Of a DNA stretch of 55,149 bases, positions 27,666 through 38,144 are shown piece by piece; position 1 is the first letter of the stretch; every line of letters begins with the position of its first letter. The translations under genes were made by a program, and so were the position numbers. Under the pieces are notes generated by a model that did not search any database, was not told where the DNA came from, and saw only the letters and a list, made by a program, of their open reading frames with translations. This stretch comes from a virus (lineage: Duplodnaviria; Caudoviricetes): IMG/VR virus record IMGVR_UViG_3300021424_000040, positions 1 to 55,149 of that record, one strand, 5' to 3'.

Positions 27666-29072
27666 TTAACTGCCTAAGTTATCTCGGATTAGTTCTAGAT
27701 TACATACCGCAATCAAACCTTTGTCATTATCTCTAATAACTTCGTAAGATATCTTCTTGATAAGATACAATCCACTATTTGCTTTATCGTATCTTTCTTC
27801 TTCTCTCTTCGATTGTACAGATTGATTGGGAAGTTTTACGTTTAGTTTATCTCCTGCCCTCAGTTGAAAATTAATGGGTATAGTGATATTTAGTACCTGA
27901 TTATTCAATATCATACCTCTGCTGATAGACTGAGCTAACCATTGCTTTTTAAAATCAGGAAACTCAGTGCTACCACCTTTATCTGGTGATGCTATTTCAT
28001 CTGAATCATGAAATATTTCATGATCAAAACACTGTAACATAATACGAGTTGGATACTCTGATAATGTTTTAATAGTATCTGGAATCTGTTCATCTTTTCC
28101 CAAATGATACATTTGAGGGTATTCTTTACTTAAATCAAAGAAATATTCTTCGTATTCACAACTTGATGTATTGAAAAAAGAAATCATAGATGAATATACC
28201 CCATATCTCATTTTTCTTAAAATATTTTCTTGTGCTGAAAAAGAATAGTTTAATATTTTATATGAATTTTTTTCTGCAGTATCTCTATCATCCTGAGCAA
28301 ATGCATAAACATAATCTTTATGTTTAACAGAAGCTTGTATCAATGCATCTATTGATTTAAAAACATATCCATCATATCTCTCAAAGAACATATACCCTGC
28401 ACTACCAGAAACTACAGCAGCTGATTTTGCTGTTGCTGAGTTAGTAACACCGTTTTCTCCAGATGTTGTTCCGCTACCTGTTGTAGAAGAAGTCGCATTT
28501 GCAATAGTTGGATTTGCTGAACTTGATACACATTCTGGGAGAATAGATGTTATTACATCAAATGGACGCTTGAGTGAAGGTATTAGTTTCATTTTATACT
28601 TACACGTCTCGCCATCAACTATCTTTCTATCTCCTAATTTTATATAGTTATCAATCAAATCCGCTGCAATAGCATCGCCAGTTCCCTTCAAAACTTTACC
28701 AACTCGCAAAGTTTCATTTCTAAGTGCTGCTTCAGAAAATAAATCAAGTATATACAGTTGTTTACTTTTAGAAACGATTCTATTTCTCACACCATAAACA
28801 ACAAACCTCCATTTAAAAGTTTCTTCTGAAATATTTGGTGCTTGTAACTCTATATCTACTATTTCGGTGCCAACAATAGGAACAGTTCCAATAAGGTTTA
28901 TAGCAGTATCAAATATCATCAACTCTGCTGCCATCGTATAACTTTCCACATTTTCAAATATTTTTATGCCAAATATTTGCGCTTCTGGATTGTTACCAGT
29001 AAGCATGTGCTCTTTTCCTTTTGTATCTGTTATAATAACTTTTTTAACTACTGCATTTAAATCCAATCCCAT
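27666..29072 (-). CDS. baseplate hub protein (gp27/late control D-like)
   Basis: 'IFENVES', 'YMFFERYDGYVFKSIDAL', 'LRAGD' and 'SGLYLIKKISY'. The likely start is MGLDLN at 29072. Confidence 0.65.
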   Translation of the reverse strand: MGLDLNAVVKKVIITDTKGKEHMLTGNNPEAQIFGIKIFENVESYTMAAELMIFDTAINLIGTVPIVGTEIVDIELQAPNISEETFKWRFVVYGVRNRIVSKSKQLYILDLFSEAALRNETLRVGKVLKGTGDAIAADLIDNYIKLGDRKIVDGETCKYKMKLIPSLKRPFDVITSILPECVSSSANPTIANATSSTTGSGTTSGENGVTNSATAKSAAVVSGSAGYMFFERYDGYVFKSIDALIQASVKHKDYVYAFAQDDRDTAEKNSYKILNYSFSAQENILRKMRYGVYSSMISFFNTSSCEYEEYFFDLSKEYPQMYHLGKDEQIPDTIKTLSEYPTRIMLQCFDHEIFHDSDEIASPDKGGSTEFPDFKKQWLAQSISRGMILNNQVLNITIPINFQLRAGDKLNVKLPNQSVQSKREEERYDKANSGLYLIKKISYEVIRDNDKGLIAVCNLELIRDNLGS

Positions 29073-31921
29073 TACATTGACCCCCAAGGAGAAGAAATAC
29101 AGAGAACAGATGCCAATCCATGACATGATGGATCGTTAGAATATTCTGAAGTATCTTGAGACGATTTAGAAGGTGACGGAACACTAGATGAGGATTCTCC
29201 GCCAATAACATTAATGATTGCTGTTTCGGACATTTCATCTGCTACTTGATTTGTTGCGGCAATAGGTGGTGCTGAAGGGGCAGTTTTAGGTGGAGATGCA
29301 GTGCTTGTCTCTGATTTTTGTGACGTATTACTTGCTAGTGGATTTAATATACCACTAAACATTTTTACCATTTTTTCAACATCATCTAAACGTTGTTCGA
29401 CCGTTATCTTATTATTGATATTAGCAACGCCAAACATCGAACCACCCTTTTCGTGTCCCAATAAATCTTTTATAGCGGCATCAGTTGCTGCTCTCCTGTT
29501 TCCAAGACCTTGAGGAACTGAACCAAGAGAACCAGAACTAGCTGCTCTCTGTAAAGCAGGAACTGCCTTATCAGATGCACCTTGCCCCATAGGTGTTGTC
29601 AACCATCTAGTAAGACGCTGGAACCAGCCACCCTCTTCAAAAGATGTCAGATTACTCTGCTTTGGAATAGCAATCTCTGGTCCATGGATTCCACCCAAAT
29701 CCTGTTTTTCATTTTGTCTTGACCAAACTGGAGTTTTATTGCTATTATCAATTAGTTTATCATTTGCTCTATAACTATATTCTCCTGGTTTTAATACACT
29801 AGCATTATTAAATGGATTCCAATCCCTCTTTGTACTAACTTGCCTGACAACTCCAGTACGCAAGTCTCTAACTAGATCGAAACTATCTGCCTTACCCTGT
29901 TTTTGGACTTCATCTAGATACAGTTGAGTAACTTTTTCTCCTGGTTTCCATCTATAAATCTGTCCTTTATTATCATACCAATATTTCTTATTACTTCCAA
30001 CAACAGGATTGAGGTCTGCACTTGGAACCATAACTTTATCTCCAGATGCAAGTTGAACCTGTGTTCCTTTAACCTCTTTTTCTGTAGTAAGCGCAGTTTC
30101 GCCATCTGCAACATTTATTCCAGCTGGCGCTATTCTTTCCATAGCTGCTCCAGCACCAGGAATATTTTCCAATGTTTGTTTCGTATCTTCTTGACGCTCA
30201 TTCGATCTTTCTTTATTAGCATCACCAGTTGGTTTTGGCGAACCACTGCCAGTAGTTTTATTATCTGTTTCTTTCTTAGCACCCAAAGCCTCTAGAGAAC
30301 CAGAAATAAGATTTTCTAAGAACTTTGATCTTTCTTTCTTAGCACTGGCATCTTCTTTAAACTTACCACCACCAACTTTTAGATTTGGTAATGCTTGAGA
30401 CATGCCAAACTGTCTAGCAAGATTTTGAATATCTGGACCCAATGCTTGCGCTACGGGAGTTCCCAACGGACCCATTCCTTTCACGAACTGATCAACTACA
30501 GAAAGCATAGAAGCAGCAGATGCTTTTATTCCAGGATCATCAGATCCAGAAAGACCTTTTGATTTTGCATCAGCACTGTTTAAATCAACAACTGCTTCTT
30601 TTCCTGCTTCACCCAACATAACAGAACCAGAAGAGTTCTTTATTCTCGATTCTGATGTTCCATATTCGTTACCCCATGCGGATCCCCAAGACCCCTTTTT
30701 GCTATTTGGATCAAATGCTTGTCTAAAATTTTCTCTAAGATTGGCGTCAATCTCTGCCATCTTAGCATTTGATTTACTAACATCCCCACCTGCCATTATT
30801 AGTTCAAAAATAGCTCTGAATGGAGCTCCAATAGTCTCTGCCACAGCAGACTGGCCGTCAAGCACACGAGCAATAGGATCTTCTGTCATATCTAACAGCT
30901 GATCAGGTATGATCCCAGTTTGTGCTGCTATACCAACTGGAGTAAGCGGAGGTATCATTAAAAAAGTATTCAAAAATGGATTTTTTAGAACTTCCTTTTT
31001 CTTTTTACTGTCAAGTGCTCTCCATTGATCCCCTAGACCACGGGTTGCTTCTCCAACTGCGCTAGCAGCAAGTCCTGTGCCCGCCACAGCGGCAGTTGCT
31101 GCCGCACCAGAGGCAACTGCTCCTGCCGTAATACCACCTCCCGCTGCCGCTCCGCCGCCCGCTGCAGCGCCTCCACCACCCAATCCCAACATGTTAGCAA
31201 CTGGACCAGGAAGGAATCTGGCGATCAGTGCAGACAATCCACCACCAGACATCAATCCAGATACAAAGTTAATAACACCTTGCATCTGTTGCCACTTATC
31301 CATCAAAAATCCAGTTAAGGTATCTCCACCAGTTTTTTCTGATGATGCCATTCCAAACATACCAGAAGCACCAGCAGCTCCAGATGCTGATTGTGGACGT
31401 TCACCGCCCATCAGTTCTATTAGTTCTCCTTGTGATTCTAGTTGATCTGCAAGAATAGCTTGTACACCCGTTATTCCGTTAGAAGTAAAACTACTAGATT
31501 GCAGTTGAGAGTTTAATAGTTGAGTTATAGCAGTTAAACCACCCTGAATGGAGGTTGTATCCGCAACAAGCGAACCAAATCCACCTGTAAGTATTTTTGC
31601 TAGTCCAGCTCCAGCACCACCACCTCCTCCCCCAGTAGGGGATGATTTAGGTTGTTCTGGTTTAGGTGGTTCTTTATATTTAAAGTTTTCTCCAAATGTT
31701 TTTTTGCCAGATAAAAATCCACCACCAAAGTTATGGGCAAGTGCTTTTTTAAATAGTCCTTTTTTATCCTCTTCAGCAACTTCACCGCCTTCTGCTTCTA
31801 CTTTTTCTTGACGTTCTTTTTCTTGTTTAGCATCATCTCTAGATTGCATAGCTTTACCAGCTATAAATCCACCTAATGTTTGTCCACTCGTTTTTTGAGA
31901 TTGCTCTACGCCAAATGACAT
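29072..31921 (-). CDS. tape-measure-like / baseplate hub-associated protein (paralog 3)
   Basis: 949 aa; Gly/Ala-rich hydrophobic helices; 'MLGEAGKEAVV' and 'FEEGG' motifs typical of TMP C-termini. Confidence 0.6.
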   Translation of the reverse strand: MSFGVEQSQKTSGQTLGGFIAGKAMQSRDDAKQEKERQEKVEAEGGEVAEEDKKGLFKKALAHNFGGGFLSGKKTFGENFKYKEPPKPEQPKSSPTGGGGGGAGAGLAKILTGGFGSLVADTTSIQGGLTAITQLLNSQLQSSSFTSNGITGVQAILADQLESQGELIELMGGERPQSASGAAGASGMFGMASSEKTGGDTLTGFLMDKWQQMQGVINFVSGLMSGGGLSALIARFLPGPVANMLGLGGGGAAAGGGAAAGGGITAGAVASGAAATAAVAGTGLAASAVGEATRGLGDQWRALDSKKKKEVLKNPFLNTFLMIPPLTPVGIAAQTGIIPDQLLDMTEDPIARVLDGQSAVAETIGAPFRAIFELIMAGGDVSKSNAKMAEIDANLRENFRQAFDPNSKKGSWGSAWGNEYGTSESRIKNSSGSVMLGEAGKEAVVDLNSADAKSKGLSGSDDPGIKASAASMLSVVDQFVKGMGPLGTPVAQALGPDIQNLARQFGMSQALPNLKVGGGKFKEDASAKKERSKFLENLISGSLEALGAKKETDNKTTGSGSPKPTGDANKERSNERQEDTKQTLENIPGAGAAMERIAPAGINVADGETALTTEKEVKGTQVQLASGDKVMVPSADLNPVVGSNKKYWYDNKGQIYRWKPGEKVTQLYLDEVQKQGKADSFDLVRDLRTGVVRQVSTKRDWNPFNNASVLKPGEYSYRANDKLIDNSNKTPVWSRQNEKQDLGGIHGPEIAIPKQSNLTSFEEGGWFQRLTRWLTTPMGQGASDKAVPALQRAASSGSLGSVPQGLGNRRAATDAAIKDLLGHEKGGSMFGVANINNKITVEQRLDDVEKMVKMFSGILNPLASNTSQKSETSTASPPKTAPSAPPIAATNQVADEMSETAIINVIGGESSSSVPSPSKSSQDTSEYSNDPSCHGLASVLCISSPWGSM

Positions 31922-31947
31922 CTATCGACCCTACCTTGTATTGATAT

Positions 31948-34392
31948 TTATCGTGAACGACGCATAGTTAACTCTCTGATAAACTTAAGGGGGTCAAAAA
32001 ATGCACCACCACCCGAACTTCGGGTTGAAGATCTAGAAGACGGAGACACTGATGGTTGTGAAGAACCACCACCTACTCTATTGACAACAATATTCCCCTG
32101 TTTTTTATCAGACGTTGCAACCACCCTTGTCTGAGAACTAACTGTTTTGGGAATAGGTGCAGGTTTTGGTAGTTTTGCGTCATAAAACCATCCATGGAAG
32201 TTATAGTTTTTACCTCTAGTAATATCGCCAGGTTTCATATAAGGTTTCTGACTTTCTCCCATAAAATCTGTTCTACCACCAACAAATCTTGCTGCTGCTT
32301 GCTGTAAAGTGGGATTTGTTATAGATTTTGCTGCCATATCAACTTTACTTGCATTCCCAACCGCAGCAATAGCAGATTTTCGATCTTTAATAGCATTCCA
32401 TTTACCAGCATTATTAAATGTTGGTTGATACTGTCCAGGAGCAGTTATAATAGATGATATACTTCTTCCGCCAGGATAAGAACCAATTGCAGCACGATTA
32501 TATAAAGACTGTGCAACATCTGCTTGTCCCTGTGAATGTAATGAATCTTCTTTTGATGTTAATGCTGCTATTTTCCAAAACTCCGCAGAACCACCAGCAG
32601 AAAAATAAGAAGAAACTTTTGCATCTAATCCAGAAGCAATCTCTGACCATCTTTTAAATACTCCCATTGGATCATCTTTCATGCTATATTCTTTGTTTTC
32701 AATCGGATAAACTTCAAACCCCCCATCAAATACACGAACGATCTCTTTACCGTGTAGAGTAACGGGCAAACCCTGAATATTACTATCAAAACCACTTTCG
32801 GGTCCATCCACAATGTATGTACCTAATATATTTTTGCTATTTCCGATAGAAGTACCTCTAGAAGCTGATATTTTAGCAAGTACCGCTTTGGAATCTGCTA
32901 TTCTTTCCGCTTGTTCTCTTGGCCCTTGGTCTGCTGGTCTTTCATAATTATGCAACACCCAATTACTTGCTTCTTCTATTGTTTTTGATGCCTTGAAACG
33001 ACCTTCACGATCATATGTAGGAAATTCTCTTTTCAACATTTCATAGTTAATTGCGTCAGTCAACCCTTGTTTGTCTGGATCAACACCCATGCTCTTAGCA
33101 AGGTCATATAACTTCTGCTGTCTGGATGCAGTAGTCCATTGCGCCCACCCATATCCACATTTTCCAGGCATTGCTTGAGGAAGCAATCCTTTTTTGCTGC
33201 CCTCCAACAAATCTGGGACAAGATTAGTATTTTCTTGAGTTAAGTTTCCTACGATTCCTGCTGCCTGAAAGTCTGCATAACCCAAATCTTTCATGAGCAT
33301 TTTTGCTATCTTTACTGCTTTTTCGCTAGCGTTACCAGTAAAATCTCCAGGAGTAACATTTTCTCCAGTAATACCAGTAAATGTTTTATCTATAAACTTG
33401 GAAATAAAATCTTCATCATTTAAAAACTTACCCCAAGTTTTTCCAAACTCTTTAGAAGCAATATCTTTTTCTCTTTCAGCAGCCGCTGCAGGTCCACCTA
33501 ATAAGTTACTTAGTATGCTATCAGTAACGCCTAATGCTAAAGCAAATGGTTTTACTAGTGATTTTACATATGGTAAGAAAAATCCACCAATCGCACCAGA
33601 ACTTTTTATAAACTGACTAATCAAGTTAACAGAAGCAATACCTGCTGCTTGTAAAGGTAATTGCATTACATCAGCATATGGCACTAAAGATTGTGTTTTA
33701 TCTTTTTTAGGCAATCCTGGGGTTATGCCTCCTTCTGCTTTTTTATCTGGAGAAGATGGGGGATTTACGGTTGGTGGTTTTGATGAGGATTGATTAGATT
33801 GAATAGAATTTGTGGTATTTTTGGATGATTCATCCACAGAATCAATATCTTCAGTATCGTCTTCTTCTTCATCCGAAAGTTGCTGTGGTTTTTTTGCTTC
33901 TGCTATCTCAATCTCTGGAAAATTAGAAAACTTATGAGCAATCGCAGTAAATACTGCTTTTTCTAGTTCTGCGCGTTGCGCTAACATATCAGTCAAAATC
34001 TCGATATTTTGTGCCATAGCAAGATCTTGCTCTGTCACTTCCGACATAACTTTACCGAGATGATATATTTTAGTCTTTATTTCTTCGGTTTGTCTAGAAA
34101 GACGATAAAAACCTTGTTCTAGCTCCTTGCCAAATGACAACTGTTGCTTTTGTTGTTCTCTTTTTTCCTTTGTCTTTTTCTCTAATATTTTTGATACAAA
34201 ATATCCACTAAGAGTTCCACTAGATGTTTTTTTCTTCTTATTTTTATCTTTTGATTTTCCGCCAAGCAAAAACTCAGTTAGGGTGCCACCACCAGATGTT
34301 GATTTTTTAGATTTTTTCTTATCTTTTGATTTAGCATCATTTCGAGACTTCGATGCTTTTTCTACGATATATTCTGTTAGTGTTTTTGCCAT
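31948..34392 (-). CDS. tape-measure-like protein with phage tail lysozyme and SleB-like cell wall hydrolase domains (paralog 2)
   Basis: 'AAGIVGNLTQE...GYGWAQWT...R...YERPA' (Phage_lysozyme2-like) and 'ADVAQSLYNRA...IITAPGQYQP' (Hydrolase_2-like). Confidence 0.75.
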   Translation of the reverse strand: MAKTLTEYIVEKASKSRNDAKSKDKKKSKKSTSGGGTLTEFLLGGKSKDKNKKKKTSSGTLSGYFVSKILEKKTKEKREQQKQQLSFGKELEQGFYRLSRQTEEIKTKIYHLGKVMSEVTEQDLAMAQNIEILTDMLAQRAELEKAVFTAIAHKFSNFPEIEIAEAKKPQQLSDEEEDDTEDIDSVDESSKNTTNSIQSNQSSSKPPTVNPPSSPDKKAEGGITPGLPKKDKTQSLVPYADVMQLPLQAAGIASVNLISQFIKSSGAIGGFFLPYVKSLVKPFALALGVTDSILSNLLGGPAAAAEREKDIASKEFGKTWGKFLNDEDFISKFIDKTFTGITGENVTPGDFTGNASEKAVKIAKMLMKDLGYADFQAAGIVGNLTQENTNLVPDLLEGSKKGLLPQAMPGKCGYGWAQWTTASRQQKLYDLAKSMGVDPDKQGLTDAINYEMLKREFPTYDREGRFKASKTIEEASNWVLHNYERPADQGPREQAERIADSKAVLAKISASRGTSIGNSKNILGTYIVDGPESGFDSNIQGLPVTLHGKEIVRVFDGGFEVYPIENKEYSMKDDPMGVFKRWSEIASGLDAKVSSYFSAGGSAEFWKIAALTSKEDSLHSQGQADVAQSLYNRAAIGSYPGGRSISSIITAPGQYQPTFNNAGKWNAIKDRKSAIAAVGNASKVDMAAKSITNPTLQQAAARFVGGRTDFMGESQKPYMKPGDITRGKNYNFHGWFYDAKLPKPAPIPKTVSSQTRVVATSDKKQGNIVVNRVGGGSSQPSVSPSSRSSTRSSGGGAFFDPLKFIRELTMRRSR

Positions 34393-34493
34393 GATCGACC
34401 TACCTAGCTAAAATATTTAGAAAAACCTTTTTTGTCAAAAATTTGCCGAGATTTTTTTTCGACCAATTTGGTATTTAAGAGTCATTTTTGAAA

Positions 34494-37199
34494 TCACTGC
34501 ATCCTACGAAGTTTTTGAAGTTCCATGACCATGTTCGTATCCATTTTTAAATCCACAAAGACAGGAGTTGAATCTGAGTATGCAGTTGATACAATACCAT
34601 TTGATTTACTCATAGGCATCTCTATAGTAGTAACTTTTGCAGCTGGTTTGTTTTCTGTAGCAGTTACAGTTGAAGTTGGTGATGCTGGTGGAGTCACTGG
34701 CGATTTTTGCTGCAACACTGATTGTATTTCTTCATAACCAGATTGTCCCGACTTAACTTTGTTAGCAAGTTTTGGGTATAATTTTGCCCATTGTTGCATT
34801 GGAGTTAGATTTGGATCAACTACAGTAGTGGTTATTTTTTCTACAGCATTTGCTTGTGGTTTTTTGCTTTGTGGTTTTGACGATGATGATGTTGGTCTTC
34901 TATCTTGTATAAACCTATTTTGAACACCTGGAGCATTCAAAGTATTCATCGTATAACTTTTTCCTGATTTGTTTAACTGCTGCCAACCGTAGTTTTTACC
35001 TGCCCAATAAACATCTTTGCCATTTAGTTTTGCTTTTGAACCCAACTCTCTTTCCTTTTTTTTGGTTTTAAAAACACCCATGGGATCCCACCATGCATTA
35101 CCACCAGAAGCAAAACTAGGTTTATTTTGATGAGTCCATTCAACTGGGTCTATCCTGTCTCCCCAGCTACCTTTCCTAACTTCCCAGTGTAGGTGTACCC
35201 CTTCAGAGTGTCCAGTTGTACCCGTTGTTCCCAAAACCTGCCCCGCTTGTACCTTAGATCCCTTAGTAATGCTATCTGCCACTTTTTCTAAGTGACCATA
35301 AAATGTGAATATCTTGGGAGAGTCATGTTGAATCTCCACATAGTTTCCATAACCATAACCACTATTTTTTGGCCAGTCTCTATTAACATCAGTAATCGTT
35401 CCAGCAAAGGGAGTAATAATCTTAAGATTTTGATATCCTGCTGGAGCTAAGTCGATACCAGTGTGGGGTTTGCCCCACCGCATACCAAATCCAGAAATAT
35501 AATGTAATTTTCCCGTGTCTGATTTTGTATACGGAACCCACGCAGGAGGTTTAGAAACATTAGTTCCCCCCATTCCACCAAGACCTTCGCCATTTGGTCC
35601 GATTGTCAAAATATCTTTTGCTATTTCTGCAGCACCACCACCTTCTCCATCTTCTCCTTCGCGTACCCCACCTTCAAAAATCAAACGGTTATTCTTAAAA
35701 TATAGTTTCCATGACTTATAGAACTTCCTTTCTTCACCTTCATTAGGAATCACGCCAGCATATGCTGGTCCACCTAACATATCCAAAACAATATTTACGG
35801 GTATGCCAAGTATTGATGCAGCAGACTGAACTAACTTTGGTAACGCATTATTAAAATATCCTGCGAGTGGTCCCAAGGAAGACAATACATTACCAAATAC
35901 AGATATTACTGAACCCAGCAATCCTTTCATGGGCAAAGACATAACTTTGCCCAATCCATTGATGTATTCAATCTCATCATAGTTACCAAACATATCTTTA
36001 CCATAGTTTCTATTCAATGGTATAATCGCTGTGCCTGGTGCCAAGTTTCCTACAGTAGGATTAGTATAGATTCCAGGTTGGATTATATTTTTTAGTCCAG
36101 TGCCAGGAGATATGCCACCTTCTGCCATTGCTGGCATGGAAGTTGACATCAAACCAGAAGAGGCTTTTCTTGGCGATTGTGGTTTGGTATCTGGTTTCCA
36201 AAACTCCCACCATTGTTTTGGTGGTTCTGGTTCTTGTTTTGGTTCTGGTACTTCAGGAGTAGACTCTTGTTGTATCGGTTCTTTATCTACTTGAATATCA
36301 TCCAATCCCAAATCAATAGATTGTTCTCTTGATTTAGATTCAAGATCATTTAGAAACTCAGTGTAGTTTTCTACTTGCTGACCAACTAAAAACTGGGCAA
36401 GTTTTAATCCTTCATTACTAGATCTTATGACAGAAGTTCTTCTCTTAACTAATGTCGTCTGCGCGGATAACTCAGCACTTATGTTATCTAAAATAGCAGA
36501 TAACTCAGTAATCTTTTGACGTGCAGCATTAGGAAACTTCTTGGGGATTAACTGCAAAGGAGACTTAGACTCAGTAGAGTTTGAAATAACTTCTTCTTCA
36601 GGTGAAGAAGCAAGAGTTTCTGTTAAAGATTTTGGACTATCTTCTGATGTCTCGGCATCTACTATTTCTTTTATCTTAGTCTCTTCTTCTTGTTGCTGAG
36701 CAAGTTTAATATCAGAAGAGTTTGTGTAACTACCTTCCCATGGATCCGCAATAGGTTCCATAGGTGCTATCAAAGGTTCTGCTGCTTGAACATTTGCAGA
36801 CTTTCTGCCCTTGACTATCTCAGCTATTCTAGATTGAACTTGTTTTGCTTCAATCTTATCATCAACTTCTTTGCGAAAAGGTTTCTCTAGAAACTCCTCA
36901 ACCAACCATTTCTGATATTGCTCTTGATTGTATGCACCACCGTACTTATCATTCTGATTGACTTGAGGATACCAACCACCAGATTTAATGTTCTCGATTA
37001 ATCGATTGGCGTCTGCTTCAGACAATTTGACATAAGATGAGTATCTAGTACCACCTAGTTCAGGCAGTTCTCTACCAGTCAATCTACCTTTAAGTATTAA
37101 CCAAGATTTTTCACCAGTTTTGTCCGCAGGCCACCATGGTTGCTTAGGATCTAATATACCCTCTGGCGGTTGTTCTATTTCTAAGTCTTCTGGATTCAT
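34494..37199 (-). CDS. tape-measure-like protein with M23 peptidase domain (paralog 1)
   Basis: 'SGFGMRWGKPHTGIDL', 'GYGNYVEIQH', 'YGHL' and 'TGHSEGVHLHWEVR' (HxxxD and HxH zinc ligands). Confidence 0.8.
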   Translation of the reverse strand: MNPEDLEIEQPPEGILDPKQPWWPADKTGEKSWLILKGRLTGRELPELGGTRYSSYVKLSEADANRLIENIKSGGWYPQVNQNDKYGGAYNQEQYQKWLVEEFLEKPFRKEVDDKIEAKQVQSRIAEIVKGRKSANVQAAEPLIAPMEPIADPWEGSYTNSSDIKLAQQQEEETKIKEIVDAETSEDSPKSLTETLASSPEEEVISNSTESKSPLQLIPKKFPNAARQKITELSAILDNISAELSAQTTLVKRRTSVIRSSNEGLKLAQFLVGQQVENYTEFLNDLESKSREQSIDLGLDDIQVDKEPIQQESTPEVPEPKQEPEPPKQWWEFWKPDTKPQSPRKASSGLMSTSMPAMAEGGISPGTGLKNIIQPGIYTNPTVGNLAPGTAIIPLNRNYGKDMFGNYDEIEYINGLGKVMSLPMKGLLGSVISVFGNVLSSLGPLAGYFNNALPKLVQSAASILGIPVNIVLDMLGGPAYAGVIPNEGEERKFYKSWKLYFKNNRLIFEGGVREGEDGEGGGAAEIAKDILTIGPNGEGLGGMGGTNVSKPPAWVPYTKSDTGKLHYISGFGMRWGKPHTGIDLAPAGYQNLKIITPFAGTITDVNRDWPKNSGYGYGNYVEIQHDSPKIFTFYGHLEKVADSITKGSKVQAGQVLGTTGTTGHSEGVHLHWEVRKGSWGDRIDPVEWTHQNKPSFASGGNAWWDPMGVFKTKKKERELGSKAKLNGKDVYWAGKNYGWQQLNKSGKSYTMNTLNAPGVQNRFIQDRRPTSSSSKPQSKKPQANAVEKITTTVVDPNLTPMQQWAKLYPKLANKVKSGQSGYEEIQSVLQQKSPVTPPASPTSTVTATENKPAAKVTTIEMPMSKSNGIVSTAYSDSTPVFVDLKMDTNMVMELQKLRRMQ

Positions 37200-37375
37200 T
37201 TCATCGCCTTCTGTCTTGCTTTGTCGTTTTGCTCTTCAATATAAGCGTTTAACATAGTGACATACACGATTCTTTCCCAGGGAAGCATGTTCTCTAACTC
37301 CGATAATGAAAACTTATGATGATACATCAAGTTAAAGTTTGATTGATAGTGGTTCACCAGATTTTCATGGAACAT
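37196..37375 (-). CDS. gp51: baseplate hub assembly catalyst gp51 (59 aa)
   Basis: Manual translation MFHENLVNHYQSNFNLMYHHKFSLSELENMLPWERIVYVTML...; 'ELENM.PWER' signature; directly follows gp26. Confidence 0.85.
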   Translation of the reverse strand: MFHENLVNHYQSNFNLMYHHKFSLSELENMLPWERIVYVTMLNAYIEEQNDKARQKAMK

Positions 37376-37377
37376 GC

Positions 37378-38094
37378 TTATCCGAAAAAATTTACAAGTC
37401 CCTCAATAGTATAATCTGATTCAACTTCTGTTTTTGGATTTTTAACTGTGAAAGTATGAGATAGTTTTGGCATGGTAGCAAAGAAATCTTTCACTTTCTC
37501 AAACTGTTTTGAGGTCATGCCACCAATCCACTCTTCAATCTCCTTCTTTGGGGTAGTTTTTGCTTCATACACATCTTCACCAACAAAAATTTGATCAACA
37601 GAATCTACAATAATATCAAATACTTCTTCTGCATTCAAACTCTTCATCATGATTTGCGTTTGAATAAACTGATCCATGCCTGGATACTTCATGATCAATC
37701 CAGAATCATCCGACAACATGATTTTATTTGTGTGTTTTTTGTCCTTTATTACTTTTACTTGGTTGATATCCAACTCATAATCAACTTGAGTTTCATTATC
37801 ATCTTGACATGTGATTTTCATTTTTACAGTCTCGCCAACAGATTTGGCGCGAATGTTAAGAAACAAATATTCAATATCAAAAGAAGCAAGTTCAGTAACT
37901 TTAACTCCTCTAGTCAATACACAATCTTTTACTATATCAACAACAGCATTTGTAATCTGTTTTTCATCCTCAGATTCCATTGCCATAAGAAGAATCTTTT
38001 CTTCTTTCACTAAGAATGGTCTGTATTTAATAGTCTTGCCTGTAGATGGTAGTTCCAACTCATAGTTAGGCACTGGTGGTTTTGGTAAAGCCAT
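37378..38094 (-). CDS. gp26: baseplate hub subunit / assembly chaperone gp26
   Basis: 'MALPK...YELELPSTGKTIKYRPFLVKEEKILL...FDIEYLFLNIRAKSVGE...GLVNFF'. Confidence 0.92.
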   Translation of the reverse strand: MALPKPPVPNYELELPSTGKTIKYRPFLVKEEKILLMAMESEDEKQITNAVVDIVKDCVLTRGVKVTELASFDIEYLFLNIRAKSVGETVKMKITCQDDNETQVDYELDINQVKVIKDKKHTNKIMLSDDSGLIMKYPGMDQFIQTQIMMKSLNAEEVFDIIVDSVDQIFVGEDVYEAKTTPKKEIEEWIGGMTSKQFEKVKDFFATMPKLSHTFTVKNPKTEVESDYTIEGLVNFFG

Positions 38095-38144
38095 GATTAC
38101 TCCAAAAAGATATGATGTCGTAAAAATATTTAGATGAGATTATA

